From the NCBI GenBank assembly GCA_031367345.1, contig JANLPR010000201.1, forward strand, positions 618-64,617: a stretch of DNA of 64,000 bases, written 5' to 3'. Position 1 is the stretch's first letter. Each line of letters opens with the position of its first letter. Source of the stretch: Bacteroidota bacterium (GTDB lineage Bacteria; Bacteroidota; Bacteroidia; AKYH767-A; 2013-40CM-41-45). Below the pieces are notes generated by a model. The model was not told where the DNA came from, ran no database searches, and saw only the letters and a program-made list of their open reading frames with translations. The position numbers were made by a program, and so were the translations under genes. This document shows positions 1 through 12,045 of this stretch, piece by piece.

Positions 1-598
1 GTATATTTCCGTCAAGATCTGCAATCTGAACTTTAATATCCTCTATATCACTTTGAGTAAAATTACCAACACCGGTTAAGGTCGCAGATTGACTTCCAAA
101 TCCGAATCCTACAATCCACCAATCTAAAGTCATGTGTGCACCAAGCTTCCATTGTGTTCCAAACATCATTCCAATGGTTGTGCTCTTTAAGGTTCCATCC
201 ACATACACTCTTTCATCTTTGTTAGTAGTGTTAGAATGATATTCAACTCCCAATTTATCTACACCATATTTTGAATAGCGCAAATAAGGAGCTATATAAA
301 ATCCTTTCGGAGCATTGCCACTAAAATAATAACGGTATTCCGGGGTAAATGAAAATCCCGAGAAAGATAATAACTTCAAAGCTCCACTTGAATCTTTGTC
401 GGTAATTACTGTAGGCAAATAACGTGATGGAAGTATTGAAACTCCTAAGCAAATTGAAGAATGCTCCTTTAGTGTATGCTCGTACTGAAGCGATACATTT
501 CCTAAAGCTAGTGCAAACAAATTCAGTTTGATTTGATTGTCTTGTGCTTGTACTGATAGTGCAATGAGAATAAAAAACGAAGTAATAATTTTTTTCAT
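1..598 (-). CDS. Outer-membrane beta-barrel family protein (signal peptide), partial. The N-terminus is at 598 and the C-terminus runs past the window start.
   Basis: The reverse complement from the ATG at 598-596 stays open to position 1. It reads MKKIITSFFILIALSVQAQ (signal peptide) followed by alternating aromatic/hydrophobic beta-strand-like segments (YRYYFSGNAPKGFYIAPYLRYSKY). The ORF track omits it because no stop falls inside the window. Confidence 0.45.
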   Translation of the reverse strand, partial: MKKIITSFFILIALSVQAQDNQIKLNLFALALGNVSLQYEHTLKEHSSICLGVSILPSRYLPTVITDKDSSGALKLLSFSGFSFTPEYRYYFSGNAPKGFYIAPYLRYSKYGVDKLGVEYHSNTTNKDERVYVDGTLKSTTIGMMFGTQWKLGAHMTLDWWIVGFGFGSQSATLTGVGNFTQSDIEDIKVQIADLDGNI

Positions 599-798
599 AG
601 AGTAGTTTTAAGTTAAGAGTGAGTAAGTATTTTAATAAAGTTGAATTCTGATAAATTTAATCCTACAAGCAAGTAACAAAAAATATTTAACAATTTATTA
701 AATAGTTATAAAATTGTGATTATCTCCTAAAGAAAGGCAAATCTTTGACTTCTTTACGCCTTCCAAACTTTAATTTCCGTAAGTTTGGGCCAAATAAA

Positions 799-1794
799 AT
801 GCTTATGGAATATAGAAGATTAGGTAAATCAGGACTACAGCTTAGTGCTCTTTCGCTAGGTTCATGGTTAACTTTTGGGAAACAAATTGACAATACAATA
901 GCCGATGAGCTTATGTCTATTGCTTATGATTCAGGGATCAACTTCTTCGATAATGCCGAAATTTATGCTCTCGGAAAATCTGAAATTGTAATGGGCGAAA
1001 TATTGAAAAAGAAAAACTGGGACCGTTCAACTTATATTGTCTCAAGTAAATTGTTTTTCGGCATTCATGGTGAAGACGCAAAACCAAATCAACGTGGTCT
1101 ATCGCGTAAACATGTTTTCGACGGTTGTCACAGTGCTATGAAACGATTACAAGTTGATTACATCGATCTTCTTTTTTGCCATCGCCCCGATAAAAATACT
1201 CCCATTGAAGAAACTGTTTGGGCTATGAACTTACTTATTCAACAAGGAAAAATTCTTTACTGGGGAACTTCAGAATGGAGCGCAGCTGAAATAATGGAAG
1301 CGATTTTAGCCGCCGAAAAAAATCATCTCATTGGCCCAAGCATGGAACAGCCGCAATACAATATGCTTGTTCGTGATAAAATGGAAAAGGAATTTCTCCA
1401 TTTATTTAAACATCATGGTATCGGAACTACTATTTGGTCGCCACTAGCTTCAGGAATGTTAACCGGAAAATACAATAATGAAAATCCAAATGACACTCGC
1501 TTAGCCATTAAAGGAATGGACTGGTTAAAAGATCGATTACTATTAGAAGAGAATTTGAAAAAAGTTGAACTAACAAAACAGATCGCCGATGAAATTGAAA
1601 CTACTCTTCCTCTTCTCGGTATCGCTTGGTGTTTAAAAAACCCAAATGTTAGCTCTGTAATTCTTGGTGCAAGCAAAACTTCTCAACTCAAAGAAAATTT
1701 AAATGCACTCGATGTTGTTCCTAAATTGACTTCTGAAATTATGACAGTCATAGACGAAATCTGGAAAACAAAACCTATTCAAGCTGAATTCTAA
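799..1794 (+). CDS. Aldo/keto reductase, K+-channel beta-subunit-like (Kv-beta/YajO-type) oxidoreductase.
   Basis: MLMEYRRLGKSGLQLSALSLGSWLTFG ... the D/Y/K/H AKR catalytic residue pattern, and IGPSMEQPQYNML ... ILGASKTSQLKENL. The in-frame ATG at 799 is the preferred start over 745. Confidence 0.8.
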   Translation: MLMEYRRLGKSGLQLSALSLGSWLTFGKQIDNTIADELMSIAYDSGINFFDNAEIYALGKSEIVMGEILKKKNWDRSTYIVSSKLFFGIHGEDAKPNQRGLSRKHVFDGCHSAMKRLQVDYIDLLFCHRPDKNTPIEETVWAMNLLIQQGKILYWGTSEWSAAEIMEAILAAEKNHLIGPSMEQPQYNMLVRDKMEKEFLHLFKHHGIGTTIWSPLASGMLTGKYNNENPNDTRLAIKGMDWLKDRLLLEENLKKVELTKQIADEIETTLPLLGIAWCLKNPNVSSVILGASKTSQLKENLNALDVVPKLTSEIMTVIDEIWKTKPIQAEF

Positions 1795-1810
1795 AATTTA
1801 ACTTTTCGCA

Positions 1811-1847
1811 AAAAAAATGCCCGAATAATATTCGGGCATTTTTTTTA
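1811..1847. terminator. Bidirectional rho-independent terminator between convergent genes.
   Basis: aaaaaaaTGCCCGAATAatATTCGGGCAtttttttt: an 8-9 bp GC-containing stem and 3-nt loop, with an A-tract upstream and a T-tract downstream. It lies between the AKR stop (1794) and the DinB-like stop (1853). Confidence 0.6.
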
Positions 1848-1852
1848 AATTA

Positions 1853-2347
1853 TCATCGCTCATCAGCCGACGGTCCGTATGCTCCGGGCACCGAAACATC
1901 TAACAAACGGAGATAAACAGAAAGCTGTCCTCTATGATGTATAATGTGATTCATCACCATATCACGTAAAACTTTTCCCTTTGGTTGAGTGAAAATTATG
2001 AACTCACCACGACGCAATGTCCATGGCTTTTGAAGTTCGTCGTCAGACGTTTTTTCCAACGCAACAATCGCTGCATCGTTTTTCAATTTAAAGAAACTAA
2101 TAAGCTCTTCTGTCGTTTTCATTTCCGGATTAGGTGTTATTGGCTTTGCAAAATCCAATTCATCTTCAGTGACTGTGATCGTAGCCCATTCGCTCATCTC
2201 AGCAACATGGCGAGCCAATCGCTCTAGTGTCATCGACTTTTCGTGCGGCTTCCAACTGCCTTTATCGAGCGGAACTCTCTCCAACATTTTCTGTGTCTTT
2301 GTTGATTCGTATTTTAACTCTTCAACAAATGATTTTATTATTGACAT
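1853..2347 (-). CDS. DinB/YfiT-like (DinB_2 superfamily) putative metal-dependent hydrolase.
   Basis: 164 aa with His-containing helices (ARHVAEMSEW ... NHIIHHRGQLSVYLRLL) typical of the DinB four-helix-bundle family. Confidence 0.55.
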   Translation of the reverse strand: MSIIKSFVEELKYESTKTQKMLERVPLDKGSWKPHEKSMTLERLARHVAEMSEWATITVTEDELDFAKPITPNPEMKTTEELISFFKLKNDAAIVALEKTSDDELQKPWTLRRGEFIIFTQPKGKVLRDMVMNHIIHHRGQLSVYLRLLDVSVPGAYGPSADER

Positions 2348-2355
2348 ATATTTTA

Positions 2356-4134
2356 TTATAATTTATTTTTTTCTATCCAATTATTAATTTCCCTTTCAAA
2401 AATATCTAATGGCAAGCATCCATTAATAAGAACAATATCGTGGAACGATTTAATATCGAATTTGCTTCCGAGCACTTTCTCTGCTTTTGCTCGTAACTCA
2501 AGTATCTTCATTTGGCCAATCTTATAAGCTAAGGCTTGCCCTGGAATTGCAATATACCTTTCTACCTCTGCTGTAATATCGGCTTCGCTCTCTGCTTCGT
2601 TATTCAATGAAAAATTAATTGCTTCTTCTCGCGTCATACCTTTTAAATGCATTCCTACATCTACTACTAATCGAATTGCACGATGCATCTCTTCACTCAA
2701 ACTTCCAAAATATTGGTATGGGTCGGTATACAATCCTAACTCTTTTCCTAACGACTCAGTATATAATGCCCAGCCTTCTCCATACGCACCATACCATCCA
2801 AAACGACGGAACTTAGGTAGATCTTCATTCTCCTGTTGAATGCTTGTTTGATAATGATGCCCCGGAATTGCTTCGTGCAAAAACAAATCTTCCATGCCTA
2901 CAACGTTAAATTTTGTTGCATCTAAGACCGGTACATAAAAAATTCCAGGTCGTGAACCATCTGGCGCAGCTTGATTATATTCCGCACTTGCTGATGCTTC
3001 TCTAAATTTTTCCGTTTGTCTAACTTCGAATTTTGCCTTTGGTACAAGATTGAACAACTTTACTAATTGTGGTTGTTCTTTCACTTCAATTTGTCGATAC
3101 GCATTTATTACATCGCTATCATTCTTAAATGGCATGAATTGTTTGTCTGTATGAATGAATGTAAAAAACTCTTTCAACGTACCATTAAAACCTGTTTCCA
3201 CTTTTACCTTTTCCATTTCATTATGCAAACGCGCTACTTCCTTTTGTCCAATCTCATAAATCTGATCGGGTGTAAGACCTGTTGTCGTCCAGAATTTAGC
3301 GAGATATGAATAGTATTCTTTTCCATTAGGAATATCACTTATGCCAATGGAAGTGCGACATTTTAGAATGTACTCATCTTTTATAAATGAATATAGTTTC
3401 TCATAGCTTGGAACTACTTTTTCTGATATCGCTTTTTTGTACAGAGCTGTTAAACGAACTTTGTCGCTATCATTAAAATTCTTTGGAAAATTTTTTATAG
3501 GTCCGGCAAAAACACTTTGCATCGGATCTTTTACTATAATTTCTTTTAACTGCGGAAGCACTTTCATCATTAATACTTTCGGTGGAACAACCCCTGTCTC
3601 CATTCCTCGTCTCATATTATTGACCATTGTATCAACATAAAACGTAAAGTCGTTTATCCTTCCTAAAAAATTATCATAGTCTTTTACAGATTTAAACGGC
3701 TGATTTCCGCTACCTGAACCAAGCAAAGGAAATGTTAGGTGCATACTCCAAAATTGATTCACCGGCATCAAATTATCTTGAAATGTTAATCCTTCCAATT
3801 GCATTTTCATTTCACGTACAATAATGTCGTAACTAAGTACCGATTGTCCGGATAAATTTTTTCTATCGAGCTTACTTAACTCATCGGCATATTTTGAATA
3901 CATCGATTTGATCTTCTCTCTATAAGAATCCGAAAGATCACAAGGCAGCTGATCATTGTAGCGATCATCAGCAATTGCTGTAGCTTCAAGTGGAAATAAT
4001 TTTAATCGCTCTTCATAATAATTATTTAAAAGCGTGTCTAAAAATCCATTTTTATTTTCTATTTCCATTTTTTTTCTTTCGCCACAAGCAATTAGTGAAA
4101 TGGCAATCACGATAAACGATAGTGTCTTTTTCAT
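2356..4134 (-). CDS. DUF885 family lipoprotein (putative metallopeptidase-like).
   Basis: Lipoprotein signal MKKTLSFIVIAISLIACGE. The HEAIPGHHYQ motif (HExxGHH) is characteristic of DUF885. 592 aa. Confidence 0.7.
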   Translation of the reverse strand: MKKTLSFIVIAISLIACGERKKMEIENKNGFLDTLLNNYYEERLKLFPLEATAIADDRYNDQLPCDLSDSYREKIKSMYSKYADELSKLDRKNLSGQSVLSYDIIVREMKMQLEGLTFQDNLMPVNQFWSMHLTFPLLGSGSGNQPFKSVKDYDNFLGRINDFTFYVDTMVNNMRRGMETGVVPPKVLMMKVLPQLKEIIVKDPMQSVFAGPIKNFPKNFNDSDKVRLTALYKKAISEKVVPSYEKLYSFIKDEYILKCRTSIGISDIPNGKEYYSYLAKFWTTTGLTPDQIYEIGQKEVARLHNEMEKVKVETGFNGTLKEFFTFIHTDKQFMPFKNDSDVINAYRQIEVKEQPQLVKLFNLVPKAKFEVRQTEKFREASASAEYNQAAPDGSRPGIFYVPVLDATKFNVVGMEDLFLHEAIPGHHYQTSIQQENEDLPKFRRFGWYGAYGEGWALYTESLGKELGLYTDPYQYFGSLSEEMHRAIRLVVDVGMHLKGMTREEAINFSLNNEAESEADITAEVERYIAIPGQALAYKIGQMKILELRAKAEKVLGSKFDIKSFHDIVLINGCLPLDIFEREINNWIEKNKL

Positions 4135-4235
4135 AGGTAGAATTATATCAACGAAGTACGGAAATTTTTACTTGAAAAAATCAATTCTTGAATGAAAGTA
4201 TCATTAATTATTTCTGAAAGCAACGCTTTTAGCAC

Positions 4236-4268
4236 ATAAAAAAGGAGCCGTTCATAACTGAACTGCTC
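4236..4268 (-). terminator. Putative intrinsic terminator downstream of the ABC-F gene.
   Basis: On the minus strand: GGAGCagttcagttatgaacgGCTCC followed by TTTTTT. It lies ~80 nt after the ABC-F stop. Confidence 0.35.
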
Positions 4269-4349
4269 CGTTAGCTTTTTGAATTTGAATAGCCGGCGCA
4301 AATTGACAAACAAGACTCTTTGTGTCAATTCAATTCTGCATCATCAAAA

Positions 4350-5993
<1,644 letters not shown>

Positions 5994-6179
5994 TTATTTC
6001 GGGCCGCAAAGGTAGTGAAAATCAAGGGTATTATTGCTATTGAACCCCAAATTCTTCTAATCAAAAAGACGGATTTAACCGAATCATCGCCTTCGTTTCA
6101 CTCTCAAGTATACTACTCAAATGCTTTTTCTCTTCTTCACAATGCGATGACTCCCGAAATTATATTTTAAGACAAAATA

Positions 6180-7391
6180 TTAGTCGGCTAGTATATTGTT
6201 GCCGCTCTTTTTACCCGACTCACCTTTTGCCGAATTCTGTGTTGTCATTATTCCAATCATCATCAAGAATGCAGAGAGTATTATCACCTGAATAATAAGT
6301 GATTGATTTACCAAACCAATTCGATTGATAGGCTCTATCGATAGAAATAACAAAATAGTTATCAATCCGCGAGGAGCAACAAATAACAAGGGCTTTAAAG
6401 GAAGCTTCGATAGTTTTAATTGTATAATTCTAAACACAAAAACGTAACCAACGATTACAAGCGCCCACACAAATGTATCAGCATTTAATATTTCACTTGT
6501 CTCCATTAAATATCCAAAGAGTAAAAAGAATAATGCTCGCACAAGAAATGTGGCTTCTATGGTGAGCTCTTTAAACTTTTTTACTTCAATATTCAATTCG
6601 TCAGGGCGCATTTTTTCTATCCATTTAAAATGACGCAACTCGTCTAGATTACCAATGAATAAACCAAATAGCATAATAAAAATTAATCCGGGTAAATGAT
6701 AAATTTTTGATACGGCATAAATCAAAATCACTAAAAGTATGATTGGAATAAACTTAATGTGATGCTCTATTCTGCTTAACAAAAAAGAAAGTCCTATTGT
6801 AGCAACGAATGAAACAATTGTAACTATAATTAGCTGCAGTCCGAAATGCGAAAAAGAAGAAAAGTCGAATGTGTCGTTTAGCGCTACGAAATTAAAAAAT
6901 AGTACACCTAATATATCCGACAAACTACTTTCATAAATTACGAACTCTTTTGAATATTTAGATAAAGTACGAACACTTGGTATAGCAATTGCGCTACTGA
7001 TAATACAAAATGGAATTGCGTTGGTAAGACTATCTTTCAGAGAGCTGCCTTGATAATGCATGAAGATATACGCCAATAAAAACGCTAAGCCTACCATAGA
7101 TAATAACGATCCGAAAAACGATTTACGTATCATCCCAATTTTTGACTTGTTAAGCTCCAACTCTAGCGAACCTTCCAATACAATTAATATAAGCCCAATG
7201 GTTCCTAACACTGGGAGTACTGGATTAAAGTTGGGTAACTGAATGCTTAGTAAAACCGTTCCCCTTTTTACCAGCCAGCCTAATAATAATAAAAGAATAA
7301 CAGAAGGAATTTTTGTTTTTGAAGCTGTCAGGTCAAAGAGGTAAGCGACAAGCAATAAAGAACAAAGTGCAATGATAATAGCTGTAGTCAT
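6180..7391 (-). CDS. Cation:proton antiporter (Na+/H+ exchanger, CPA1-like) integral membrane protein.
   Basis: 403 aa, about 11-12 hydrophobic helices, with the general architecture of the Na+/H+ exchanger family. The family assignment comes from overall pattern only. Confidence 0.45.
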   Translation of the reverse strand: MTTAIIIALCSLLLVAYLFDLTASKTKIPSVILLLLLGWLVKRGTVLLSIQLPNFNPVLPVLGTIGLILIVLEGSLELELNKSKIGMIRKSFFGSLLSMVGLAFLLAYIFMHYQGSSLKDSLTNAIPFCIISSAIAIPSVRTLSKYSKEFVIYESSLSDILGVLFFNFVALNDTFDFSSFSHFGLQLIIVTIVSFVATIGLSFLLSRIEHHIKFIPIILLVILIYAVSKIYHLPGLIFIMLFGLFIGNLDELRHFKWIEKMRPDELNIEVKKFKELTIEATFLVRALFFLLFGYLMETSEILNADTFVWALVIVGYVFVFRIIQLKLSKLPLKPLLFVAPRGLITILLFLSIEPINRIGLVNQSLIIQVIILSAFLMMIGIMTTQNSAKGESGKKSGNNILAD

Positions 7392-7590
7392 AAAGAATTG
7401 ATAATTTGATTCACGGTTTTATTCCCGAAATGCAAATTACAATTTTTTTATTCTCTTTCGAAAAAAATAACTGCTTGTAAAAGTTCACTCTTAAATATAA
7501 ATGAATCCTCTAATTAATTGAGTGGAATGTATTCTCAAAAACAGATTAATAACAAGATGAATTTAGCTGGTACAGAGAAATAAAAGAAAT

Positions 7591-8112
7591 TTATTTTATT
7601 TCTTTGACGCTAATCTTTAAAGAAGCCTTTAACTTATAAACTCCTCCATTATCATCAATCGATTCTTGTGCTTTAAAATCAATCGTTAATTTATACTGGC
7701 TTCCATTATAGATGTGATCAATCATTTTAATCTTTAATTTGTCAAGATCTGAGGCATCAAGTATTAATGGATGACTAATACCATTTACAACTACTGTATT
7801 TTGATTGCCAACGATTAACTGCAGTTGAGAAATAGATCCGCCCGCCAATTTTATTTTTCCTAAAAATGCCTGATGTAAACTATCTAAAGTAAGCAGATCG
7901 AAAATTCCATTGTTCACGGTTAATGTTACCCAACTTCCGGAAGCTTGCGAATAAACGGAAACACCTTTTACCTCAATCTTTATTTTTTCATACGCTGAAG
8001 CAGGTGCATCTTGAAGATATACCGCCATCTCAGCGGTTTGGTCGGACTCTTTTTTGCATGATGAAAATGCGAATACTGCTAATAGAATAGCTATAAGTGA
8101 TAATTTTTGCAT
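7591..8112 (-). CDS. DUF4382-like lipoprotein.
   Basis: Lipobox MQKLSLIAILLAVFAFSSC. The mature region begins VYLQDAPA..., typical of DUF4382. Start placed at the ATG at 8112 (MQKL). Confidence 0.5.
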   Translation of the reverse strand: MQKLSLIAILLAVFAFSSCKKESDQTAEMAVYLQDAPASAYEKIKIEVKGVSVYSQASGSWVTLTVNNGIFDLLTLDSLHQAFLGKIKLAGGSISQLQLIVGNQNTVVVNGISHPLILDASDLDKLKIKMIDHIYNGSQYKLTIDFKAQESIDDNGGVYKLKASLKISVKEIK

Positions 8113-8591
8113 AATATTTTTTTTTAGAATCGATAGGGCATTCATTCCTATTTGTAGTGCAAGTTACACATACTTGAGCTAAAGAATTACGTTTCTAACA
8201 TTAAGTCTTACATTTTTCTCTATTACAATTTGAATATTGTAAACAACACTTTGGTTGGCTGATTAAAAACCGTGAAAAAGTGAGATGAAAAGAGTGTTTT
8301 TCTAATATGTTCAATTAATTTTTACAACTTTTCCCAAGATTTTAGTGGCCTTCGATCATTAATTCGACTATAGAATTTATTGAATGGCTATTATTTTGTC
8401 CAAAAATAATAGTTTTTGAAGATAATAACTGCTTGTTTGGCTTAGCAGCTTTTATTTTTCCGGTTTATTGGATAAAAAACATTTGTAAGATTGACAATGA
8501 TTTTAAACAACAAAAACCATTGGATTTGGTATTGAATAATAGAAGCTTTTTAATAGCTCATTTCAATCAGAAATTGTCATAACTCACTTAA

Positions 8592-11500
8592 ATGAAAACA
8601 TCCAATTCCCCTACTTTTTTAAATAACATTTTACTCTTATTGGGGGTAAGTGTATTGTATTTTTTAAGCGCTCGTTTAGGTTTACTCCTTGCTTATGAAA
8701 ACTCGAACGCTTCTCCGGTTTGGCCTCCCTCAGGCCTAGCACTGGCTTTAGTCATGATTCTTGGAAGGAAAGCGATTCCAGGTATTTTTCTAGGCGCCTT
8801 AGCTGCTAATGCAACTGTATTTTACGCTTCGCACTCCTTAGTTTCATCAACTATTTTAATCGCATCATTCTCGATTGCTCTCGGGAATACTTTTGAAGCA
8901 TTTATTGGTGTTTATCTAATTAATCGTTTTATACCAAAAAATAATTTCCTTGATAGTTATCAAAACTTTATTAAGTTCATTGTAATTTCGATAGCTATTT
9001 CTACTGTTACAAGTACTATTGGTTCTTTTACATTATGGTCTAATTCAATAATTAATTTAAATGCGTTTCAAGTAGTTTGGAAAACATGGGCCATTGGCGA
9101 TTTCTCGGGAATACTAATTCTAACCCCGCTGTTATTAGTATGGAACGACAAATCACAATTTACTGCATCTAAAAATTCTATTTTCGAAAAAACAATAATC
9201 GTCTCTTTCATATTATTTTTTTCTGAAGCTGTTTTCATTCAGCAATTTACACTTGGATATTCCTACACTCGATTATATGTTTTAGTTCCATTTTTACTGT
9301 GGGGTGTTTTCCGACTTGGACAACGAGGTATCATAACTTGTCTAACTATTTTATCAATGTGTGCCATTTTAGGTACAATTTCCGGACACGGCCCATTTGC
9401 AGCATCGAACATGAACGATTCTCTCCTAGAACTTTTTGCATATATTTCAGTTACTACTATTACATTTATTTCATTAAGCGCATCGCTTGTTCAAAGCAAA
9501 AGAGTGTTTAGAAAATTAAAGGATCATAAAAACGAATTAGAGGAACGAATTAAAAATCGTACACTAGAATTAGAGGTTGTAAATAATAACTTAAAAGCAG
9601 AAATCGAAAAGAAAGAAGTATATGAAGAGGTATTAAAAAACAATACTCTTCTATTCAATGAAGCTCAACGTATGGCGAAAACAGGGAGTTGGGAGTGGGA
9701 TATTGAAACAGGAAAAGGTCTTTGGTCGGACGAGCTTTATAGAGTCTATGGCTTCGAAAAGGAAAATACTGTTGCGAGCTTTGATGTGTTTTTTGATATT
9801 CTACATCCTGATGACAAAGAAGCTGTACTGCTTTCTGTAAAACATTCGGTAATGTCTCATGACGACTTTAAAATGGAATATAGAATAATCAACACGAATG
9901 GAATTGTAAGATATATTGATGCTAGAGGCGAAGTTCTAAAAAACAGTGAAGGTGCAAGTATTAAAATGATGGGCACCTCGCAAGACATTACTGAACGGAA
10001 AATTGCAGAAGAAAAAATTCGTCAATTATCTGAATTTCAAAATATCATTCTGAATGGAACTGAATATTCTATTATCTCCACCGACGACTCAGGGATTATT
10101 ACTACTTTCAATAAAGGTGCAGAAAATATGCTAGGGTATTCTAGTGAAGAAGTAATAGGCAAATATTCTCCTGCCATAATTCACGACAAAGATGAAGTTG
10201 TTCGTCGTGCTGCCTTACTCACTCAAGAACTCGGAACGGAAATTGAGCCGGGCTTTGATACGTTCGTCGCTAAATCAAGAATGGGTTTAGCCGATGTAAA
10301 TGAATGGACGTATATAGGTAAAAATGGCAGTCGAACTCTTGTTGAATTGTCTGTTACAACTCTCAGAAATGATAAAAATAACATCACAGGGTATTTAGGA
10401 ATTGCAAAAGATATTACTCAGAGAAAACGAATAAGCGAAGAACTTGAGAAGGCCAAAAATTTTGCAGAAGAATCTGCTCGTTTAAAGGAAGTTTTTCTTG
10501 CGAACATGAGTCATGAAATTAGAACGCCTATGAATGCGATTGTAGGATTTAATTCATTACTAAAAAATACTATTCTAAACAAAGAACAGGTTAGTTTTGT
10601 TTCCAATATCAATAAAGCTTCTGAAAATCTTTTATCGATTATAAACAATATTTTGGACCTATCGAAAATTGAATCCGGATTAATGGAAATTGAAAATACT
10701 ATCGTCCATTTGCCCTCATTACTAGAATCAGTCCACTCAATTGTATTGGGAAATGCCCTTGAAAAAAATCTCGAAATATCGTTATCATTAAATCCAACAT
10801 TGCCGGAATATGTAATGTGCGATCAAACACGAATCTCACAAATATTAATAAACTTAACAGCTAATGCAATTAAATTTACAGAAAAAGGATTTGTAAATAT
10901 TCGTGTTGACACATTCAATAATCATCAACAGAAACCCCAATTAAAATTTATTATTCAAGATAGTGGTATTGGTATTGCAAAAGAAAATACGGAAATAATT
11001 TTTGAACGATTCAAACAAGAATCGTCTGAAACAACCCGTAAATATGGAGGATCTGGACTTGGGCTGAGTATTGTTTTAAATATTGTAAAGTTAATGGGAG
11101 GTCGAATTTATGTTGAAAGCCAACTTGAAAAAGGTTCTGAATTCACTGTAATTATTCCGGTAGACAAATGTACCGATACTCAAATACAACAATACAAAAG
11201 TCTAATCAAATCTACTCCAACTTCACTTACTACTACTACAAATTCAAAAGAATTAAAAGTGCTTTTAGTTGAAGACAATAGAATGAATCAACAATATGTT
11301 TCTACTGTGCTAAGTCAATTGGGTTATAATTGTACAATCGTTGGTGACGGAATAGAAGCAATAAAAATAATGTATGAAGATGTATTTGATGTTATACTAA
11401 TGGATATTCAAATGCCACAAATGGACGGATATGAAGCGACAAGAATTATCAGACAAGAACTAAAGAGTAACATTCCAATCATTGCTTTAACTGCAAATGC

Positions 11501-12017
11501 TACCTCAAGCGATTTTGAAAAATGCATGAAATCAGGAATGAATAGTTATATCTCAAAACCATACAAACCGAATGATTTAATAGAAAAAATTGCAGAGGCT
11601 TGTGGCAATAAATTTCAATCAATGGATGGTGTGACAAAAAAATTGACTTTTGATGTAACTAATAGCAAAATAAAACTTCTCAATATTTCTCATTTAAAAG
11701 ATCAAGTGAATGGAAAATCAGCTGCAATTAAACAATTAATAGAAATATTTCTAGAAGACACACCTCCAATTCTCGATAAATTAAATATATCTATTCAGGA
11801 AAAAAATCTTCATTCTATTGAAAGAATATCTCATCAACTTGTTTCCAGTTTTTCAATAATTGGAACCGAAAGTGCGATAACTGCTTTACAAACGATGGAA
11901 TACACGGCTGCAAATAATGGTTCTGTTGTGAAAATTTCTAAATGTTTTGAAGATCTGAAAACTATTACCGACCAATTAATAGATGAGATTATGTCTATTG
12001 ATTATCTCACTATTTAA
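8592..12017 (+). CDS. Hybrid sensor histidine kinase: MASE1 membrane sensor - coiled coil - 2x PAS - HisKA - HATPase_c - REC - Hpt.
   Basis: N-terminal multi-TM region with a MASE1-like signature (ARLGLLLAYENSNASPVWPPSGLALALVMILG). PAS/PAC segments (SWEWDIETGKGLWSDELYRVYGF; NGTEYSIISTDDSGIITTFNKGAENMLGY). H-box MSHEIRTPMNAIVGF. G-boxes DSGIGI ... GGSGLGLSIV. Receiver LVEDNRMNQ...VILMDIQMPQMDGYE. C-terminal Hpt (ISHQLVSSFSIIG). Confidence 0.85.
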   Translation: MKTSNSPTFLNNILLLLGVSVLYFLSARLGLLLAYENSNASPVWPPSGLALALVMILGRKAIPGIFLGALAANATVFYASHSLVSSTILIASFSIALGNTFEAFIGVYLINRFIPKNNFLDSYQNFIKFIVISIAISTVTSTIGSFTLWSNSIINLNAFQVVWKTWAIGDFSGILILTPLLLVWNDKSQFTASKNSIFEKTIIVSFILFFSEAVFIQQFTLGYSYTRLYVLVPFLLWGVFRLGQRGIITCLTILSMCAILGTISGHGPFAASNMNDSLLELFAYISVTTITFISLSASLVQSKRVFRKLKDHKNELEERIKNRTLELEVVNNNLKAEIEKKEVYEEVLKNNTLLFNEAQRMAKTGSWEWDIETGKGLWSDELYRVYGFEKENTVASFDVFFDILHPDDKEAVLLSVKHSVMSHDDFKMEYRIINTNGIVRYIDARGEVLKNSEGASIKMMGTSQDITERKIAEEKIRQLSEFQNIILNGTEYSIISTDDSGIITTFNKGAENMLGYSSEEVIGKYSPAIIHDKDEVVRRAALLTQELGTEIEPGFDTFVAKSRMGLADVNEWTYIGKNGSRTLVELSVTTLRNDKNNITGYLGIAKDITQRKRISEELEKAKNFAEESARLKEVFLANMSHEIRTPMNAIVGFNSLLKNTILNKEQVSFVSNINKASENLLSIINNILDLSKIESGLMEIENTIVHLPSLLESVHSIVLGNALEKNLEISLSLNPTLPEYVMCDQTRISQILINLTANAIKFTEKGFVNIRVDTFNNHQQKPQLKFIIQDSGIGIAKENTEIIFERFKQESSETTRKYGGSGLGLSIVLNIVKLMGGRIYVESQLEKGSEFTVIIPVDKCTDTQIQQYKSLIKSTPTSLTTTTNSKELKVLLVEDNRMNQQYVSTVLSQLGYNCTIVGDGIEAIKIMYEDVFDVILMDIQMPQMDGYEATRIIRQELKSNIPIIALTANATSSDFEKCMKSGMNSYISKPYKPNDLIEKIAEACGNKFQSMDGVTKKLTFDVTNSKIKLLNISHLKDQVNGKSAAIKQLIEIFLEDTPPILDKLNISIQEKNLHSIERISHQLVSSFSIIGTESAITALQTMEYTAANNGSVVKISKCFEDLKTITDQLIDEIMSIDYLTI

Positions 12018-12045
12018 AAAAAATGTCATCCTAAAATAAAAATTC

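Noticed and set aside
1413-1676. Small ORFs from the track nested inside, or antisense to, long well-supported genes. Examples: 1413..1676, 1985..2227, 2169..2387, 2619..2816, 3067..3309, 3437..3640, 5474..5659, 7060..7242, 9299..9511, 9658..9840, 12865..13056, 13112..13415, 15468..15767, 17844..18143, 24069..24479, 50654..51229, 52507..52929, 56550..56864, 58956..59219, 60626..61218.
   Set aside because: Each lies entirely within a longer ORF that has clear domain motifs. Their translations are low-complexity or Cys/Phe/Leu-rich antisense artefacts. None has a start context or a recognisable domain.
7576-7602. Inverted repeat GAAATAAAA…TTTTATTTC overlapping the stop of the DUF4382-like gene.
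   Set aside because: It is AT-only, overlaps coding sequence and has no flanking U-tract. It is likely chance in AT-rich DNA.
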